Source: Mobula hypostoma (taxonomy: Eukaryota). Taken from it: a DNA stretch of 64,000 bases. The notes beneath the pieces were generated by a model. It worked only from the letters and a program-made list of their open reading frames with translations, did no database searches and was not told the DNA's origin. Shown here piece after piece: positions 61,796 through 64,000 of the stretch. Numbering within the stretch: the stretch's first letter is position 1; each line of letters opens with the position of its first letter. Location: positions 61,320,001 through 61,384,000 of the forward strand of contig NC_086097.1 in the NCBI RefSeq assembly GCF_963921235.1, written 5' to 3'. Both the position numbers and the translations under genes were made by a program.

Positions 61796-63029
61796 GGTAA
61801 AAATAAAGCCGTGGGGGCCAGGGAACTTAAAATCATTGAAAAAATTCAGAGTGTGAGAAGTGTCACGAACATAGGTGGGAAGGGATTGAACAAGGGGGGA
61901 TAAAACAGTGTCCAGGTATGCAGAAATGAGTTCGGTAAGGCAGTAGCAAGCTGAGACAATGGGTCTACCTGGAGAGGCAAGTTTGTGGATCTTGGGTAGG
62001 AGGTAGAAACGAGAAGTGCAGGGTGTGGGAACTATAAGGTTGGTAGCAGTGGATGGGAGATCCCCTGAGCGGATAAAGTCGGTGATAGTGTGGGAGACAA
62101 TGGCCTGGTGCTCCTTAGTGGAGTCATGATCGTGGGGTAATGAAGAGGAGGTATGTGCGAGTTGTCGCTGTGCCTCGGCAAGGTAAAGGTCAGTACACCA
62201 GACTACAACAGCACCCCCCTTATTGGCGGGTTTTATAGCAAGGTTAGGACTGGTGCGGAGGGAGTGGAGAGCAGAGCGTTCGGAAGGAATGAGGTTGGAA
62301 AAGGAAGAAGGTGCGGTGAAGTCGAGATGGTTGATGTCTCGTTGGTAGTTAGCAATAAAGAGATCCAGAGCAGGCAGAAGACCAGAGTGGGGTGTCCATG
62401 AAGAGAAGGAGGATTGAAGACGGGAGAAGGTGTCATCGGTGGGGGTAGGAGAGTCCTTGCTGAAGAAGTAGGCTCGAAGACGGAGCCGGCGGAAGAAGAG
62501 TTCAGCATCATGGTGAATGCGGAACTCACTGAGGTTTGGGCGAAGGGGGACAAAGGTAAGGCCCTTACTGAGGACAGAGTGCTCTGCCTCAGAGTGTTGA
62601 AGGTTGGAGGGGATGGCAAGGACCCGGCACGGATGAGAAGTGGGATCAGAAGGGGGAGAGGGAGGGTAGTGTCAGTGGAGAGGGGAGGGTTGGGGTGAGA
62701 GGAAGAAGGAGCCTCCGAGGGCCCAGGATTAGATGATAGAATGTGAGGGAGACGGGGTTGCAGAGTGGTGGTGGGGGAAGGGGAGACGGGAGTCACAACA
62801 GCAGCTCGTGAAGACCCAGCCTGGAGTTCAAGGCTGGAGTCTTGTGTGTCCTGTCCATAATTTTTATTATCAGAAAACACTATTAATCATAAAGGAAACT
62901 AAAATTTGCATGTCTACCTCACTGCCGAGCCGAATAAAGAAGGTGCTGCATAATTATGGCCTAACGCTTAGAGTGGGTTCTTGAACCAGGTCACGACCTA
63001 TCACATGTAGTTAGGGAAGCAGCTGTCAG

Positions 63030-64000
63030 AAGCAGTGTGCATGGAAGCAGAAGTGGGTAAGCACACTGGTATTCGAGTGAGATTTAAAGCAGATCCCTAC
63101 AGGCCCGCATTCCCAACGATTCTCCTTGCTAATATCCGATCACTAGAAAATTACCTGGATTACCTGCGTTCACAACTAAACCAGTGGAAGATGAGGGACT
63201 GCTGCACACTCGTCCTGATAGAAACGTAGCTCCAGGACACCACTCCAGACTTGGCCATACAGCTGGAAGGTCTAATCTCCTTTCGGACAGACAGAAATGC
63301 TATGACCTCTAAGATCTGCAGAAGTAATCTGTGAGTCTATAGCATTAAGAAATGGTGTGTGAACACTTCAGCAGTAATGGTGCACAGCTCACCACAGATA
63401 GAGACCTTAACAAAGAAATGCAGGCCCATCTACTTATTGAGGGTGTTCACAGCCAATGTGATTATTGTGTCAGTGCTGGAGAAGCTCTACAGTATGCTCT
63501 GCAAACTTGAAGCCACTTATCTTGATGGTATCTTCATTATTACTGGTGACTTCAATCACGCCAATTTAACAACAGTTTTGCCAAAGCTCTACCAATGTGT
63601 TAACTTCACAGTCGGAGGAAGAAATATACTAGACTGGGTCAATGCCAAGGATTGTGGAGTCTACAAGGCTGGCACCCTCCTCCAGACCCACCTTCCTCAC
63701 CACTTTTACTTCAAGGACTCAGACCACATATCCATTTTGCTAATATCTGCACTGGTTAAATGACTGAAACAAGTTTACAGGGATATCAGGACCTTGGCAG
63801 AAGGTGTCTCCTCACCATGGCAGGACTATTTCGAAAGCACTGACTGGAGCATATTCACGGAGATGGCTACCTACGATCATCACGTCAACATTGATGAATC
63901 TGCACGATCCGTGACTGGCTACATAGAAAAATGCATGGAAGGTGTTATCGTGATTAAACATTACACTGCCAGGACAAGCCAGAAGCCACGGCTGACTGCA
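63030..64000 (+). mobile_element. Rex1/Babar-type LINE endonuclease region, decayed (runs off the window)
   Basis: PAFPTILLANIRSLEN, LIET, CRPIYL, ITGDFNHANL, NILD and DSDH motifs. Confidence 0.85.

Larger units (their letters stand above)
60280..62839 (-). mobile_element. Penelope-like element, 5'-truncated, with 3' pLTR
   Basis: RT ORF 60752..61795 plus upstream frameshifted pieces. pLTR with hammerhead motif at 60377-60412. Possible TSD TCTTGCGC/TCTTGTGT. Confidence 0.9.

Overview
Eukaryotic, intron-like or intergenic DNA made up mostly of nested, largely decayed transposable elements. The repeat mix suggests a cartilaginous fish, probably a ray (inference). I could not confidently identify any host protein-coding exon. 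The content is CR1-clade LINEs, many Rex1/Babar-type LINE fragments and non-autonomous derivatives, Penelope-like elements whose terminal repeats carry minimal hammerhead-ribozyme motifs, a TA-flanked Tc1 transposon, Gypsy/solo-LTR remnants, SINEs and microsatellites. The most notable signal is in a full-length young CR1 (44950-48347, minus). Its ORF2 has no AUG before the endonuclease domain and overlaps ORF1 only over a few codons, and that overlap holds an in-frame U_UUA_AAC slippery heptamer directly before the ORF1 stop, which suggests -1 programmed ribosomal frameshifting. Also notable are a 696-bp TGT..ACA fold-back element with a 5-bp TSD that appears built from a Gypsy LTR plus gag start, and a possible host promoter/first exon (ARE, E-box, ATG|GTGAGT) near 33.4-33.5 kb. 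Coordinates of decayed fragments are approximate.
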